Source of the DNA: a bacterium
Lineage (GTDB): Bacteria; Bacillota; Clostridia; Oscillospirales; Oscillospiraceae
Assembly (NCBI GenBank): GCA_963595735.1
Contig: CAVBJJ010000006.1
Coordinates: 14,694-78,693, forward strand
Length of the DNA stretch: 64,000 bases
Direction of reading: 5' to 3'
In this document: piece after piece, positions 27,757 through 39,664 of the stretch
Layout of the letters: each line of letters starts with the position of its first letter
Numbering within the stretch: position 1 is the first letter of the stretch
The notes under the pieces: generated by a model
What the model was told of the DNA's origin: nothing
The model's database searches: none
The model's input: the letters and a program-made list of their open reading frames with translations, nothing else
Program-made: the position numbers and the translations under genes

Positions 27757-30700
27757 ATGAACCACGCATCCCGAAAAATCCTGTCACTGCTTTTGGCAGT
27801 GATCCTCGCGCTGTCCCTGGCGGTCACGCCGGCGTTGGCAGCGGGAGACAAAGCACCGCCGACGGCAGTGGAAAACTGCGATGTCAGCGGACTTTGGACC
27901 ACAACGGTCAACCTCGGCTTTGCCGACACCGTATGGATGAACAGCATTACCGCGGTAACGGTAAACGACACTGCATACGAAAAGCAGACGATCAGCTCCT
28001 TTGGCAGCGATACCAAGATTTGGGACATTGGCAGTGCTTCCAGCGCCTATGGCAGCTACACAGCGCTGCGTCTGGCGGTTGAAAACGACACCTTCGCCAC
28101 CAATACCGCAACGGTCCGCATTTCTGCCGACGGCTACAAGGATGTGACCATCGAGGTCACAAAGAAGACCGAAAGCTATAACGATATTTACACTGCCACA
28201 GTCATCCAGGATGCCGACAACGGCAACGACTCCGGCAATGACTCCGGCAGCACGGAAAAGAAAGACCCCCCTGCCAGCTTTACCCGCCCTTCCTTCAGCC
28301 TGTCTGATTTCAAGCTGCTTTTCACCGCAGAGGATGTGGACTGGCTCAACAGCATCAGCGGCGTGACCGTGGACGGCGTAGCGTACACCAAGGGCTACAC
28401 CTATCGGAACACCGCCTACGCCATCGGCACCGCCACCAATGAGATGGACGGCTGCTACCTCAACATTGGCGAGGGCTTTGAGACCGAGACTGCCACCTGC
28501 GTGATCTCTGCAGAGGGCTATAAAGACCTGACCCTGAAGCTGGAGAAAACCGGAAACAAGGCCACCATCGTGGAAAGCTCCGATTCCGACAACAGCAGCA
28601 ACACCAACCCGGATACCCCCTCCGGCGACAAGGACGCTCCCACGAACTTCACAACAGCTTCCAGCTTTGGCTACGATTTCAAGCTGACCTTTACGGACGC
28701 CGCGGACTGGCTCGGCGCCATTGAGGCAGTCAAGGTCAATGACGCCGCCTACGAAAAGGGCAGCAGCTCCTACAGCGTTTGGAACAACAAGGCCTACTAT
28801 GCAGACGCCGGCAACGCCTACCTGCTCATCGGCGAGGGCTTTGACGGCGACACCGCCACCTGTGTGATCTCCGCCAAGGGCTACAAAAACCTGACCCTGA
28901 AGCTGAACAAGACCGACCACAGTGCCACGGTTGTAGAAAACGGCGATAACGGCAGCACCGATCCGGAGCCGGACACCCCCTCCGGCGACAAGACCACGCC
29001 CACCGCAGTCAAGTATGCCTACGGCAGCCTCATGCCTGCCGCCCACTACTTCGGCGTGGACAGCAAGGATCAGGATTGGCTGAATGCCATCACCGGGGTA
29101 AAGGTCAATGGCACCACCTATGAAAAGGGCGATGTCGGCTATTCTGCCAGCGGCAAGTTCTGGAACCTCGGAAAGAAGGATCTTACCGGCTATGGTTCCG
29201 AAACCACCCTGGTCGTTCTGGACAATTCCGATGTCCAGTACCCTGCGGATTTCACGGTTTCCGCCACGGGCTACAAGGATGTTGTGATCCGCGTAGCATC
29301 GAAAAATGCTTCTTCCGCTACCATTGTGGAAAGCACCACACCCGACCCCGTGGAGAAAAAGACTGTGGAGCTGAGCAAGGTCAGCTTTGCCGAGGACAGC
29401 TTTGGCAATGACTGGCTGGTCTCCATTGGCGAGGACGGCTATCTGGCACAGATCACCGGCGTTTCCGTGAATGGCACTGCCTGGGAGAAAAAGGACTACG
29501 ATCCCTCTGCCGGCGGCGCCTATCGCGTGAACAGCGACACCCAGAAGCTGGTGTTTTCCAAGAAAGACTTCAGCGCCTCCCCCACCATCCCCGTTCTGAA
29601 AAGCGGCGATGTGATCACCATCACCGCCAATGGTTATGAGGATCTGACCTTTAAGCTGATCATCGACACCGATGGCAAGGCTTCCGTCGTGGCGGATGAC
29701 GGCCAGGGCGACATCTATCAGCTGCATGTAAAGATCGAGGGCAGCTTTGAGGCCGCTATCGTAGGACAGAAGGACTACGACGGCGTTTCCGGCGCCAGCA
29801 CCGGCGGCGCGACCTCCAACAAAAACAGCGCCGTTACCGTTTACGGCGCACGGCTCACCAAGGGCGAGACCCCAGCCGACGCCGACTGGAAGGCGCTGGA
29901 CGCCTCCGCTGATCCCAGCACCGGCTATATTGACGGCAGCAAGTGCTCCGTCAGCATCGTCCCTGACACCGCCAAGGGCACCGACCCCAATGCGGACAGC
30001 GGCATGGCCGGCGTGTTCATGCCCGCCATCAGCAGCTCCCTGAGCCTGAGCGGCACCCCCAAGGATGCCGGCAGCTATCTGATCTCCTTGACTGTTACGG
30101 ATGACCAGGGACGCACCGCCACCAGCAATGCCCTGCCCTTCCGGGTCTACACCGGCGAGGAAACCCTGGCCGACCAGCTGGTTCTGGAAAACCTGAAGCA
30201 GTATCAGAACGGTCTGTACGCTTGGGATATCATGGAGCCCTGGGCCATCAAGAATTTTGGCAGCAATGTTCCCGGCGAGACCGAGAGCGTCCGCGTTCCC
30301 GAAAAGCTGGAGGCCTGGTTCGGCTCCCACGAAAGCGGCCTGTATGGCTACCTGGGCTATGACCTGGCCTGGGACAAGGTTCTGGCCGGTGAGATCCCCC
30401 AAACCCTGTACATCCCCAACGGCTGCGATCTGACTATCACCAACATGGAGATTCTCAGCAGCGTTCGCATTGTCGTGGAAAACGGCGGCAAGCTGACCCT
30501 GTCCGACTCCACCGTGCAGGGCATGATTGATGTCCAGAGCGGCGGTACCTTCTCCATGAACTACGACTCCTTTAACCAGGAATTCACCACCGGCGCTTCC
30601 GTTTGCGGCCAGATCCGTTTGGCAGACGGCGCGATTCTGGAAAACGCCGCTATTTACTCCCACGCCAACTACCTGGCCAACGGCGATCTGACCGACCGCA

Positions 30701-32319
30701 CCACCCATGATCCCGTTGTGGTCGCCAACGGCAATGTGACCGTGAAGGGCAAGGTGTTCATCGCCGGCGAGGAAGCAGGCGACAACAAGATCGGCCAGAC
30801 CGGTCTACTGGTCAGGAACGGTACGCTGACGCTGGCTGACGACGCCACGCTGGTGGTCTATGGCGGCGCTGCCAAGGTGCAGCTTTTCCCCAAGGGCGGC
30901 ACGGCCATTGAACTGGACAACGGCACCATCACTGGCAACGGCAAGCTGGTGGCCATCGGCGGCCAGCCCCTGTGGGGTGAGGGCGGCGACGCTGTCACCG
31001 GTACCGGTACCATCTCCACGGTGGAGGCCTTCCTGCAGGGCGCAACTGCTTCTACCTCCAACAAGAAGGATCCCGGCCAGGCCGTGCGCGGCAATGTGAC
31101 CGTGATCAGCCCTAAGCAGCACAAGGAAAACGGCACGATCAAGGACACCGTGGCCGACGATCCTCTGGATGGCCTGTACTGGAAAACCGGCATTGACGCC
31201 ATGCCTCCTCTGGACAAGTTCGTGACCCGGGAAGTGGATAACTCCGTCAAGTTCTTTACCGTCGCGGACATTCCCAGCGTGACCTACACCGGCGCTGAGC
31301 AGAAGCCCGCCGTGACTGTCAAGGACGGCGACACTGTTCTGACTGAGGGTGCGGATTATGAGCTGTCCTATCTGGACGCGACCGGCGCAGCACTCTCCGG
31401 CCTGCCCAAGGAGGTCGGCAGCTACACGGTCGTGATCACCGGCAAGGGCGCTTACGCCGACACCGTGGCGGACAAGAGCTTCACCATCACCCGCCGCAGC
31501 TCCGGCGGCGGCAGTAGCTCCGGTTCCTCCAGCAAGTATGACATTGTGGTGGACACCGCTAAAAACGGCGCCGTTTCCGCCGACCGCAGCAGCGCAAGCT
31601 CCGGCCAGACCGTGACCGTCACCATCAAGCCTGCGACCGGCTACAAGCTGGACAAGCTGACTGTTGTGACCGGCGCAGACAAGAGCCTGAGCCTGACTAA
31701 CAAGGGTAACGGCGCATACAGCTTTACCATGCCCAGCAGCAAGGTAACTGTCTCCGCCGACTTTGTCAAGGAGACCGCCGACAACGACAAATCCTTTGTG
31801 GATGTGTCCGATGACGCTTACTACATCAAGGCTGTCAAGTGGGCTGTGGAAAAGGGCATTACCACCGGCTCCACCGCAAACACCTTTAATCCGGAGGCCG
31901 TTTGCACCCGCGCCCAGATGATGACCTTCCTGTGGCGCTCCGCCGGTTCCCCCGCTCCCAAGAGCGCAAGCAACCCCTTTGCCGACATCAGCAAGGACGC
32001 CTATTACTATGACGCAGTTCTGTGGGCAGTGGAAAACGGCATTACCAAGGGCACCAGCGACACTGCTTTCAGCCCGGATGAGGTCGTCACCCGCGCCCAG
32101 ACCGTGACCTTCCTGCACCGGATGGCCGGTTCTCCCGCCGCCGCTGCCAACAGCAGCTTCCAGGATGTGGACGCAGACGCTTACTACAGCGCTGCCGTCC
32201 AGTGGGCTGTGGCGCAGGGCATCACCCAGGGCACCAGCGCAACGACATTCTCTGCCAATGACGCTTGCGACCGCGCCCAGGTCGTGACCTTCCTGTATCG
32301 GCAGAACAACGGCAAATAA
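27757..32319 (+). CDS. Large multidomain cell-surface protein with three C-terminal SLH domains
   Basis: 1520 aa. Signal peptide (..LAVTPALAAG), five tandem repeats of about 120 aa, a beta-helix-like region, Ig-like modules, and 3x SLH (FVDVSDDAYYIKAVKWAVEKGIT.., FADISKDAYYYDAVLWAVENGIT.., FQDVDADAYYSAAVQWAVAQGIT..). RBS AAGGAGG. Confidence 0.9.
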   Translation: MNHASRKILSLLLAVILALSLAVTPALAAGDKAPPTAVENCDVSGLWTTTVNLGFADTVWMNSITAVTVNDTAYEKQTISSFGSDTKIWDIGSASSAYGSYTALRLAVENDTFATNTATVRISADGYKDVTIEVTKKTESYNDIYTATVIQDADNGNDSGNDSGSTEKKDPPASFTRPSFSLSDFKLLFTAEDVDWLNSISGVTVDGVAYTKGYTYRNTAYAIGTATNEMDGCYLNIGEGFETETATCVISAEGYKDLTLKLEKTGNKATIVESSDSDNSSNTNPDTPSGDKDAPTNFTTASSFGYDFKLTFTDAADWLGAIEAVKVNDAAYEKGSSSYSVWNNKAYYADAGNAYLLIGEGFDGDTATCVISAKGYKNLTLKLNKTDHSATVVENGDNGSTDPEPDTPSGDKTTPTAVKYAYGSLMPAAHYFGVDSKDQDWLNAITGVKVNGTTYEKGDVGYSASGKFWNLGKKDLTGYGSETTLVVLDNSDVQYPADFTVSATGYKDVVIRVASKNASSATIVESTTPDPVEKKTVELSKVSFAEDSFGNDWLVSIGEDGYLAQITGVSVNGTAWEKKDYDPSAGGAYRVNSDTQKLVFSKKDFSASPTIPVLKSGDVITITANGYEDLTFKLIIDTDGKASVVADDGQGDIYQLHVKIEGSFEAAIVGQKDYDGVSGASTGGATSNKNSAVTVYGARLTKGETPADADWKALDASADPSTGYIDGSKCSVSIVPDTAKGTDPNADSGMAGVFMPAISSSLSLSGTPKDAGSYLISLTVTDDQGRTATSNALPFRVYTGEETLADQLVLENLKQYQNGLYAWDIMEPWAIKNFGSNVPGETESVRVPEKLEAWFGSHESGLYGYLGYDLAWDKVLAGEIPQTLYIPNGCDLTITNMEILSSVRIVVENGGKLTLSDSTVQGMIDVQSGGTFSMNYDSFNQEFTTGASVCGQIRLADGAILENAAIYSHANYLANGDLTDRTTHDPVVVANGNVTVKGKVFIAGEEAGDNKIGQTGLLVRNGTLTLADDATLVVYGGAAKVQLFPKGGTAIELDNGTITGNGKLVAIGGQPLWGEGGDAVTGTGTISTVEAFLQGATASTSNKKDPGQAVRGNVTVISPKQHKENGTIKDTVADDPLDGLYWKTGIDAMPPLDKFVTREVDNSVKFFTVADIPSVTYTGAEQKPAVTVKDGDTVLTEGADYELSYLDATGAALSGLPKEVGSYTVVITGKGAYADTVADKSFTITRRSSGGGSSSGSSSKYDIVVDTAKNGAVSADRSSASSGQTVTVTIKPATGYKLDKLTVVTGADKSLSLTNKGNGAYSFTMPSSKVTVSADFVKETADNDKSFVDVSDDAYYIKAVKWAVEKGITTGSTANTFNPEAVCTRAQMMTFLWRSAGSPAPKSASNPFADISKDAYYYDAVLWAVENGITKGTSDTAFSPDEVVTRAQTVTFLHRMAGSPAAAANSSFQDVDADAYYSAAVQWAVAQGITQGTSATTFSANDACDRAQVVTFLYRQNNGK
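27847..29700 (+). repeat. Five tandem coding repeats (about 120 aa each) inside the SLH protein gene
   Basis: Recurring pattern DK.xP(T/A)..[F/W]..DW(L/M)N(A/S)I(T/S)GV(T/K)VNG..Y(E/T)KG...(T/V)(I/V)SA.GYKD(L/V)T(L/I).., separated by D/S/N/G-rich linkers ending in PDTPSG. Confidence 0.8.
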
Positions 32320-32347
32320 ATCCTCCTCTTTTCACACAAGCATAGCT

Positions 32348-32388
32348 TTGGCGCACAGACCTTTTCCGGTCTGTGCGCCAAATTTTTT
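32348..32388 (+). terminator. Terminator of the SLH protein gene
   Basis: 14-bp perfect stem TTGGCGCACAGACC/GGTCTGTGCGCCAA followed by T6. Confidence 0.9.
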
Positions 32389-32410
32389 CATCATGTGAGT
32401 ATCATACAAT

Positions 32411-32449
32411 CGAAAACGCCGCTTTCCGTAAGCTCCGGAAAGCGGCGTT
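32411..32449 (-). terminator. Terminator of the DtxR-family regulator gene
   Basis: Minus strand AACGCCGCTTTCCG..CGGAAAGCGGCGTT followed by TTTT. Confidence 0.75.
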
Positions 32450-32471
32450 GTTATAACAATTTATGCGGTTT

Positions 32472-32879
32472 TTACTTGCCCTCCGGCGCTTTTTTGAACA
32501 GCTCGAAGCCGTGTTTTTCCGTCAGGTGCCGTTTGATGGCGTCAAAAGAGGTCTCGCTCAAATCATGCTCGATCTTGCAGGCGTCCTCTGCCGCAGTTGT
32601 TTCATCTACTCCCAGGGAAACCAGCCACTGGGTCAAAACGGTGTGGCGCTCATACAGCTTGCTTGCAGTCTCGTATCCGATCTCCGTGAGCTTCAGTCCC
32701 CCGTCCTCGTCCACCGTGATGTATCCGCCGGTTTTCAGCAGACCCACTGCGCGGCTGACGCTGGGCTTGGAATAGCCCATGTACTCCCCCACATCAATGG
32801 AGCGGACAAAGCTGCTGGTCTGAGACAGCACATAAATCGTTTCCAGGTACATCTCCCCGGATTCCTGTAAATGCATCAT
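32472..32879 (-). CDS. DtxR/MntR family metal-dependent transcriptional regulator
   Basis: 135 aa, begins ESGEMYLETIYVL. Contains ..SKPSVSRAVGLLKTGGYI.. and ..ACKIEHDLS. Confidence 0.85.
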   Translation of the reverse strand: MMHLQESGEMYLETIYVLSQTSSFVRSIDVGEYMGYSKPSVSRAVGLLKTGGYITVDEDGGLKLTEIGYETASKLYERHTVLTQWLVSLGVDETTAAEDACKIEHDLSETSFDAIKRHLTEKHGFELFKKAPEGK

Positions 32880-32901
32880 TTTCCTCCTTATTTCCGGAAG
32901 C

Positions 32902-33279
32902 TTACTTGCAGGCTGCGATGATCTCGATCTCGCACAGCAAGCCCTTGGGGATCTCCTTTACCGCCACGCAGGAACGGGCGGGCTTTCCGGTGAAATACTT
33001 GCCGTACACCGCGTTAAATGCCGTGAAATCCGCCATATCCGCCAAGAAGCAGGTGGTCTTGACAACATCGGCAAAGCCCAGACCGTTTGCCTCCAGGATC
33101 GCCGCGACATTCTTGCAGCAGCGCTCTGCCTGCTCCTCGATCGTGGTGCCGACGGTTGCTCCGCTTGCGGGATCCAGCGCCACCTGGCCGGAGGCGAACA
33201 GGAAGCCGTTTACAGAAATTGCCTGAGAATAGGGGCCGATCGCTGCGGGCGCGTTCGGCGTTTCGGTAATGTGGAACAT
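32902..33279 (-). CDS. ridA: RidA/YjgF family reactive intermediate deaminase
   Basis: Contains APAAIGPYSQAI..GFLFASGQVALDP..VKTTCFLADMADF..ARSCVAV..LPKG-like..EIEIIA. Confidence 0.9.
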   Translation of the reverse strand: MFHITETPNAPAAIGPYSQAISVNGFLFASGQVALDPASGATVGTTIEEQAERCCKNVAAILEANGLGFADVVKTTCFLADMADFTAFNAVYGKYFTGKPARSCVAVKEIPKGLLCEIEIIAACK

Positions 33280-33305
33280 TGATTCATCCATCCTTTCTGC
33301 TTGAC

Positions 33306-34526
33306 TCACTTGAGTACGATACGGCGGAAGTTTTTCTTTCCCCGTTTTACGACCAGACCCTCCCGGAGCTGCTGGGCATCAAAGCGCTGGGAGATCTCAG
33401 TGACCTTAGTCTCCGCGGCCTCCACACCGCCCTGCTGCACATTGCGTCTGGCATCGCCCTTGGAGGGACACAGCCCACTCTTGACCAGCAGCGTGAGAAT
33501 GTCAATGCCGCCATCGCTCAAATCGGCTTCTGTCAGTTCCGTGGTGGGCATTTCTGCCGCGCCGCCGCCGGAAAACAGGCTGTGTGCCGTTTCCTGGGCC
33601 TTTTCGGCCTCCTGCTGGCCGTGCACCAGCTTGGTCAGCTCATAGGCCAGAATCTCCTTTGCCTTGTTCAGCTGGCTGCCCTCCCAATCGGACATGGCGT
33701 CAATTTCCTCCAACGGCAGGAAGGTGAGCATCCGGATGCACTTGAGCACATCGGCGTCGCCCACATTTCTCCAGTACTGGTAGAACTCATAGGGGCTGGT
33801 TTTGTTGGGATCCAGCCAGACCGCGCCCTTGGCGGTCTTGCCCATTTTTTTGCCCTCGCTGTTGAGCAGCAGGGTGATGGTCATGGCGTGGGCGTCCTTG
33901 CCCAGCTTCCGGCGGATCAGCTCCGTGCCGCCGAGCATATTGCTCCACTGATCATTGCCGCCAAACTGCATATTGCAGCCGTATTCCCGGAACAGATGAT
34001 AGAAATCATAGCTCTGCATGATCATGTAGTTGAACTCCAGGAAGCTCAGTCCCTTTTCCATGCGCTGCTTATAGCACTCTGCCCGGAGCATATTGTTCAC
34101 GGAGAAGCAAGCGCCAACATCCCGCAGCAGCTCCACATAGTTGAGCTGCATCAGCCAGTCGGCGTTGTTGGCCATAATGGCCTTGCCCTCGCCGAAGTCG
34201 ATAAAGCGCGCCATCTGCTTTTTGAAGCAGTCGCAATTGTGCTGGATGGTCTCCGTGGTCATCATGCTGCGCATATCCGTCCGGCCGGAGGGATCGCCCA
34301 CCATGGCGGTGCCGCCGCCAATGAGCACAATGGGCTTGTTGCCGGCCATTTGCAGGCGCTTCATCAGGCACAGCGCCATGAAGTGTCCCACATGAAGGCT
34401 GTCCGCCGTGGGGTCAAAGCCAATGTAAAAAGTGGCCTTGCCGTTGTTGATCATCTCCTTGATCTGTTCTTCATCGGTGACCTGGGCGATCAGGCCGCGG
34501 GCTACCAGTTCATCATACAGGGTCAT
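33306..34526 (-). CDS. tyrS: Tyrosine--tRNA ligase
   Basis: HIGH-type motif (ADSLHVGHF), KMSKS-type motif (KMGKT), and a C-terminal S4 domain. ATG 34526 follows a GAGAGGA RBS. Confidence 0.95.
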   Translation of the reverse strand: MTLYDELVARGLIAQVTDEEQIKEMINNGKATFYIGFDPTADSLHVGHFMALCLMKRLQMAGNKPIVLIGGGTAMVGDPSGRTDMRSMMTTETIQHNCDCFKKQMARFIDFGEGKAIMANNADWLMQLNYVELLRDVGACFSVNNMLRAECYKQRMEKGLSFLEFNYMIMQSYDFYHLFREYGCNMQFGGNDQWSNMLGGTELIRRKLGKDAHAMTITLLLNSEGKKMGKTAKGAVWLDPNKTSPYEFYQYWRNVGDADVLKCIRMLTFLPLEEIDAMSDWEGSQLNKAKEILAYELTKLVHGQQEAEKAQETAHSLFSGGGAAEMPTTELTEADLSDGGIDILTLLVKSGLCPSKGDARRNVQQGGVEAAETKVTEISQRFDAQQLREGLVVKRGKKNFRRIVLK

Positions 34527-34560
34527 TTGATCGAGTCCTCTCTTGTTTGTATCGTTCTGC

Positions 34561-34850
34561 AAAAAACGCCCACTGTCCCAAAAAGGACAGAGGGCGTTTT
34601 TGAGTTACGCGGTACCACCTCTGGTTTGCCGGGGTTCTTGCAAAGCCCGGCCTTATGGCGTTATGAAAAACGCCGGCGCTGTATCGGGCGCACCCGTTTC
34701 GCCCTGGCAGAAAAGCTGCTTCCGGCGAACCGCTCCACGCTGTATTCTCTGCCGTGGCCTCTCCCCCTTGCACCAAACGGGGTCTCTCTGTACAGAACAG
34801 GCGGCAGATACTTGTGCGCTTCTTCGCATTTTCATATAAATTGAATATTT
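34561..34850 (-). promoter_or_regulatory. T-box leader (Tyr) with terminator
   Basis: On the minus strand: AGAGA motif; GAATACAG with UAC as candidate specifier; T-box core GGTGGTACCGCG (plus-strand coordinates 34608-34619); terminator stem 34567-34598 followed by T6. Confidence 0.85.
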
Positions 34851-34852
34851 TC

Positions 34853-34882
34853 ATTATAACAAATCACTTCCAAACTTGTCAA
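34853..34882 (-). promoter_or_regulatory. Promoter of the tyrS T-box leader
   Basis: Minus strand TTGACA-N18-TATAAT. Confidence 0.55.
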
Positions 34883-34894
34883 GCTTGGAAGTGA
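34864..34894 (-). terminator. Hairpin terminating the leu operon (overlaps the tyrS -35)
   Basis: Perfect 10-bp inverted repeat TCACTTCCAA/TTGGAAGTGA, followed on the minus strand by TTTGTT. Confidence 0.5.
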
Positions 34895-34929
34895 TTGTTG
34901 GAGACTTTTTTAATGTTCTCGTTATGTTT

Positions 34930-36006
34930 TTATATCCGTGCGCGGATCTGCTCGCCCATTTCGTGGGTGGACAGCGCCGTTTCGCCGGCGGCGGCGATAT
35001 CTGCCGTGCGGCAGCCCGCATTGAGCACCGCCTCGACCGCCTGCTCGATGCAGGCCGCTTCCTCGGCCAGGCCGAAGGTATAGCGCAGCATCATGGCAAC
35101 GGACAGGATAGTGGCAATGGGGTTGGCAATGCCCTTTCCGGCAATGTCGGGCGCGGAGCCGTGGATGGGCTCGTACATTCCCTTACCGGTCTCGCCGATG
35201 GAGGCAGAGGGCAGCATACCGATGGAGCCGGTAATCATGGAGGCCTCGTCAGAGAGGATATCTCCGAACAGGTTACCGGTAAGGATCACATCAAACTGAC
35301 CGGGATTGCGCACCAGCTGCATGGCGGCATTGTCCACATACATATGGCTCAGGGCAACATCGGGATACTCCGCAGCAATACGGGTCACGGTCTCCCGCCA
35401 GACGCGGGAGCTTTCCAGCACATTGGCCTTGTCCACGGACACCACGCGCTTGGAGCGCACCCGTGCCAGCTCAAAGGCTCGGCGGGCGATCCGCTCGATC
35501 TCATGGACGGAGTAGCGCATATCATCGCAGCCCATTTCTCCCCAGCCGCACTCGCTTTGCATCCGGTAATGCTTGCCGAAGTACACATCGCCGGTCAGCT
35601 CCCGGCAGACCAGAATATCAAAGCCCTCGCCGATGATCTCATCCTTGATGGGGCAAGCATTGGAAAGCGCCTGGTACATCATGGCGGGACGCAGGTTGGC
35701 AAACAGACCCAGGCTGGAACGCAGCTTCAACAGCGCCTTTTCCGGACGGCGCTCCGAGGGAACGCTGTCCCACTTGGGGCCGCCCACCGCGCCCAGCAGC
35801 ACGGCGTCTGCCGCCTTGCAGGCCTCGATGGTCTCGTCCGTCAGAGGGATGCCGTGGACATCAATGGAGCAACCGCCGGCCAGCAGTTCCTGGAATTGGA
35901 AGCTGTGGCCATACTTGGTGCCGATTTTTTCCAGCACCAGCATGGCCTCGGAGACGATCTCCGGACCGATGCCGTCGCCCTTTACAACTGCGATATTATA
36001 ATTCAT
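34930..36006 (-). CDS. leuB: 3-isopropylmalate dehydrogenase
   Basis: 358 aa, begins [17 protein letters not shown]. Contains ..[25 protein letters not shown]. Confidence 0.95.
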   Translation of the reverse strand: MNYNIAVVKGDGIGPEIVSEAMLVLEKIGTKYGHSFQFQELLAGGCSIDVHGIPLTDETIEACKAADAVLLGAVGGPKWDSVPSERRPEKALLKLRSSLGLFANLRPAMMYQALSNACPIKDEIIGEGFDILVCRELTGDVYFGKHYRMQSECGWGEMGCDDMRYSVHEIERIARRAFELARVRSKRVVSVDKANVLESSRVWRETVTRIAAEYPDVALSHMYVDNAAMQLVRNPGQFDVILTGNLFGDILSDEASMITGSIGMLPSASIGETGKGMYEPIHGSAPDIAGKGIANPIATILSVAMMLRYTFGLAEEAACIEQAVEAVLNAGCRTADIAAAGETALSTHEMGEQIRARI

Positions 36007-36499
36007 TGTTCTTCTCCCGCTCCTTCAGGGACTTCAGCAGACCGCCGGCAGCGATCACATTCTGGATGAACGGCGGAAATGCCTCCGCCTGGTACTGCTT
36101 GCCGGTGGTCTCGTCGGTAATGATACCGGTATCGAAATCCACGGAGACCACATCGCCCTCGTTGATCTCATAGGCCGCGGCCTCGCACTCCAGAATGGGC
36201 AGGCCGATGTTGATGGCGTTGCGGTAGAAAATGCGGGCAAAGGAGGCCGCGATCACGCAGGAGACCTTGTTCTCCCGGATGACCAGGGGCGCGTGCTCAC
36301 GGGAAGAGCCGCAGCCGAAGTTCTTGGTGGCGACAACGATATCGCCGGGCTTGACCTTTTTGACAAAGTCCGGGTCAATGTCCTCCATGGCATGGGTCGC
36401 CAGCTCGGCAGGATCGGGAATGTTCAGGTGACGGGCAGGAATGATAACATCGGTATCGACATTATCGCCGTATTTCAGTACAGAACCTTTGACTTTCAT
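35996..36499 (-). CDS. leuD: 3-isopropylmalate dehydratase small subunit
   Basis: 167 aa with ..[16 protein letters not shown].. and ..[11 protein letters not shown]. Confidence 0.9.
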   Translation of the reverse strand: MKVKGSVLKYGDNVDTDVIIPARHLNIPDPAELATHAMEDIDPDFVKKVKPGDIVVATKNFGCGSSREHAPLVIRENKVSCVIAASFARIFYRNAINIGLPILECEAAAYEINEGDVVSVDFDTGIITDETTGKQYQAEAFPPFIQNVIAAGGLLKSLKEREKNNEL

Positions 36500-36513
36500 T
36501 GTTGCTCTCCCCC

Positions 36514-37782
36514 TTACTGGATATCTTCCGGGCTGCAGATGTAGCCCTTGATTGCGGATGCGGCGGCCACAGCGGGGCTGGACAGATAGATCTCGCTGGT
36601 CACATGACCCATACGGCCGACAAAGTTACGGTTTGTGGTGGCAATGGAGCGCTCCCCCTGTGCCATGATGCCCATATGGCCGCCCAGGCAGGGGCCGCAG
36701 GTGGGCGTAGAGATGGTGGCGCCGGCGGTGACAAAAATCTCCGCCAGACCCTCGCGGATGCACTGGAGATAGATCTCCTGGGTCGCGGGGAACACGATCA
36801 TACGCACATCGGGGTGTACCGTGTGACCCTTGAGCACTGCGGCGGCGGCACGCATATCGTCAATGCGGCCATTGGTGCAGGAGCCGACAATGCACTGATC
36901 AATCGTGATCTTTTCCTTTTTGATCTCGGAAATTGTCTTGGTGTTCTCCGGCAGATGGGGACAGGCAACGGTGGGCTCCAGCTTGTCCAACTCGATGGTG
37001 TAAGTGGCTTCGTACTCGGCATCGGGGTCAGCCTCGAACACATGGACCTCCCGCTGGACGCGATCCTTGATATAGGCGCGGGTCACATCGTCCACGGGGA
37101 AAATGCCATTCTTGCCGCCGGCCTCAATGGCCATGTTGCAGATGGTGAAGCGGTCGTCCATGGTCAGGTTGGCAACGCCGTCTCCGGTGAACTCCAAGGA
37201 CTTATACAGCGCGCCGTCCACGCCGATCATGCCGATCAGGTGCAGGATCACATCCTTACCGGACACCCAGGGCGCCTTTTTGCCGGTGAGCACGATCTTC
37301 AGCGCGCCGGGCACCTTGAACCAGGCCTTACCGGTCGCCATACCGGCGCCCAGGTCGGTGGAACCCACGCCGGTGGAAAATGCGCCCAGGGCGCCGTAGG
37401 TGCAGGTGTGGGAGTCTGCGCCGATCACCGTTTCACCGGGGGCGACCAGACCTTTTTCCGGCAGCAGCGCGTGCTCAACACCCATGCGTCCCACATCGTA
37501 GAAATGCAGGATGTTGTGCTTTTTCGCAAACTGACGACACTCCAGACACTGCTGGGCGGACTTGATGTCCTTGTTGGGAACAAAGTGATCCATGACCAGG
37601 GCGATTTTGGTGTTGTCAAACACCTTGTCAAAGCCGGCCTTTTCCATTTCACGGATGGCAACCGGACCGGTGATGTCGTTTGCCAGAGTCAGGTCGAGTT
37701 TTGCCTCGATCAGCTGCCCGGCGGTAACGCTTTCCAGTCCGGCATGATATGCCAGGATCTTCTGTGTCATTGTCATTGCCAT
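36514..37782 (-). CDS. leuC: 3-isopropylmalate dehydratase large subunit
   Basis: 422 aa of the aconitase family: [37 protein letters not shown]. Confidence 0.95.
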   Translation of the reverse strand: MAMTMTQKILAYHAGLESVTAGQLIEAKLDLTLANDITGPVAIREMEKAGFDKVFDNTKIALVMDHFVPNKDIKSAQQCLECRQFAKKHNILHFYDVGRMGVEHALLPEKGLVAPGETVIGADSHTCTYGALGAFSTGVGSTDLGAGMATGKAWFKVPGALKIVLTGKKAPWVSGKDVILHLIGMIGVDGALYKSLEFTGDGVANLTMDDRFTICNMAIEAGGKNGIFPVDDVTRAYIKDRVQREVHVFEADPDAEYEATYTIELDKLEPTVACPHLPENTKTISEIKKEKITIDQCIVGSCTNGRIDDMRAAAAVLKGHTVHPDVRMIVFPATQEIYLQCIREGLAEIFVTAGATISTPTCGPCLGGHMGIMAQGERSIATTNRNFVGRMGHVTSEIYLSSPAVAAASAIKGYICSPEDIQ

Positions 37783-37878
37783 TGGATTTTGCCCTTCTTT
37801 CTTGTTCTTTGTATATCAAATAAAAAGTGAAATTTGCAAACAAATTCAGGACTGTCAAAAAGTCCGACAGTTAAAAAA

Positions 37879-39393
<1,515 letters not shown>

Positions 39394-39477
39394 CTTTCAT
39401 GCCCTCCCCAAATATATATGATATTTATTCATCGGAACAGAATAAATACCGAAAAAGCATACAATCCTATAAAATAC

Positions 39478-39505
39478 AGGATAGCACAATTCCCCGGTTT
39501 TTCAA
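39478..39505 (-). promoter_or_regulatory. Candidate promoter of the leu operon
   Basis: Minus strand TTGAAA-N16-TATCCT with a TGc extended -10. No T-box core is present in the leader. Confidence 0.35.
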
Positions 39506-39595
39506 GTGCAAATTTCGCCTTTTCCTCCCCTTTTGGTAGATATGCACAAGGCCTTTCTCCCCTCCTATAAAATTCTGTATCTTTCCTCCGCTTTC

Positions 39596-39622
39596 TTGAC
39601 AAACAGCAAAGGATGCTATAAC
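39596..39622 (+). promoter_or_regulatory. Candidate promoter reading into repeat copy A and yfcE
   Basis: TTGACA-N15-TATAAC with a TGc extended -10. The spacer is short. Confidence 0.3.
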
Positions 39623-39664
39623 ATGAACATCGGATGATACAAAACATACTATCATCTGGTGAGA

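Noticed and set aside
27555-28082. 175-aa plus-strand ORF starting in the SLH-gene leader
   Set aside because: It is out of frame with, and overlapping, the strongly supported 1520-aa gene. It has no RBS and a low-complexity translation.
27784-30708. 974-aa minus-strand ORF inside the SLH-protein gene
   Set aside because: It is antisense to a gene with a signal peptide, a coherent repeat architecture and SLH domains. The translation is Gly/Ala/Val low complexity.
39394-39660. T-box or other riboswitch in the leuA leader
   Set aside because: No GGTGGTACCGCG-type T-box core or AGAGA/specifier arrangement is present. There is only an AT-rich 8-bp hairpin (39423-39447) and an 11-codon uORF with two Leu codons, which is not convincing as a leader peptide.
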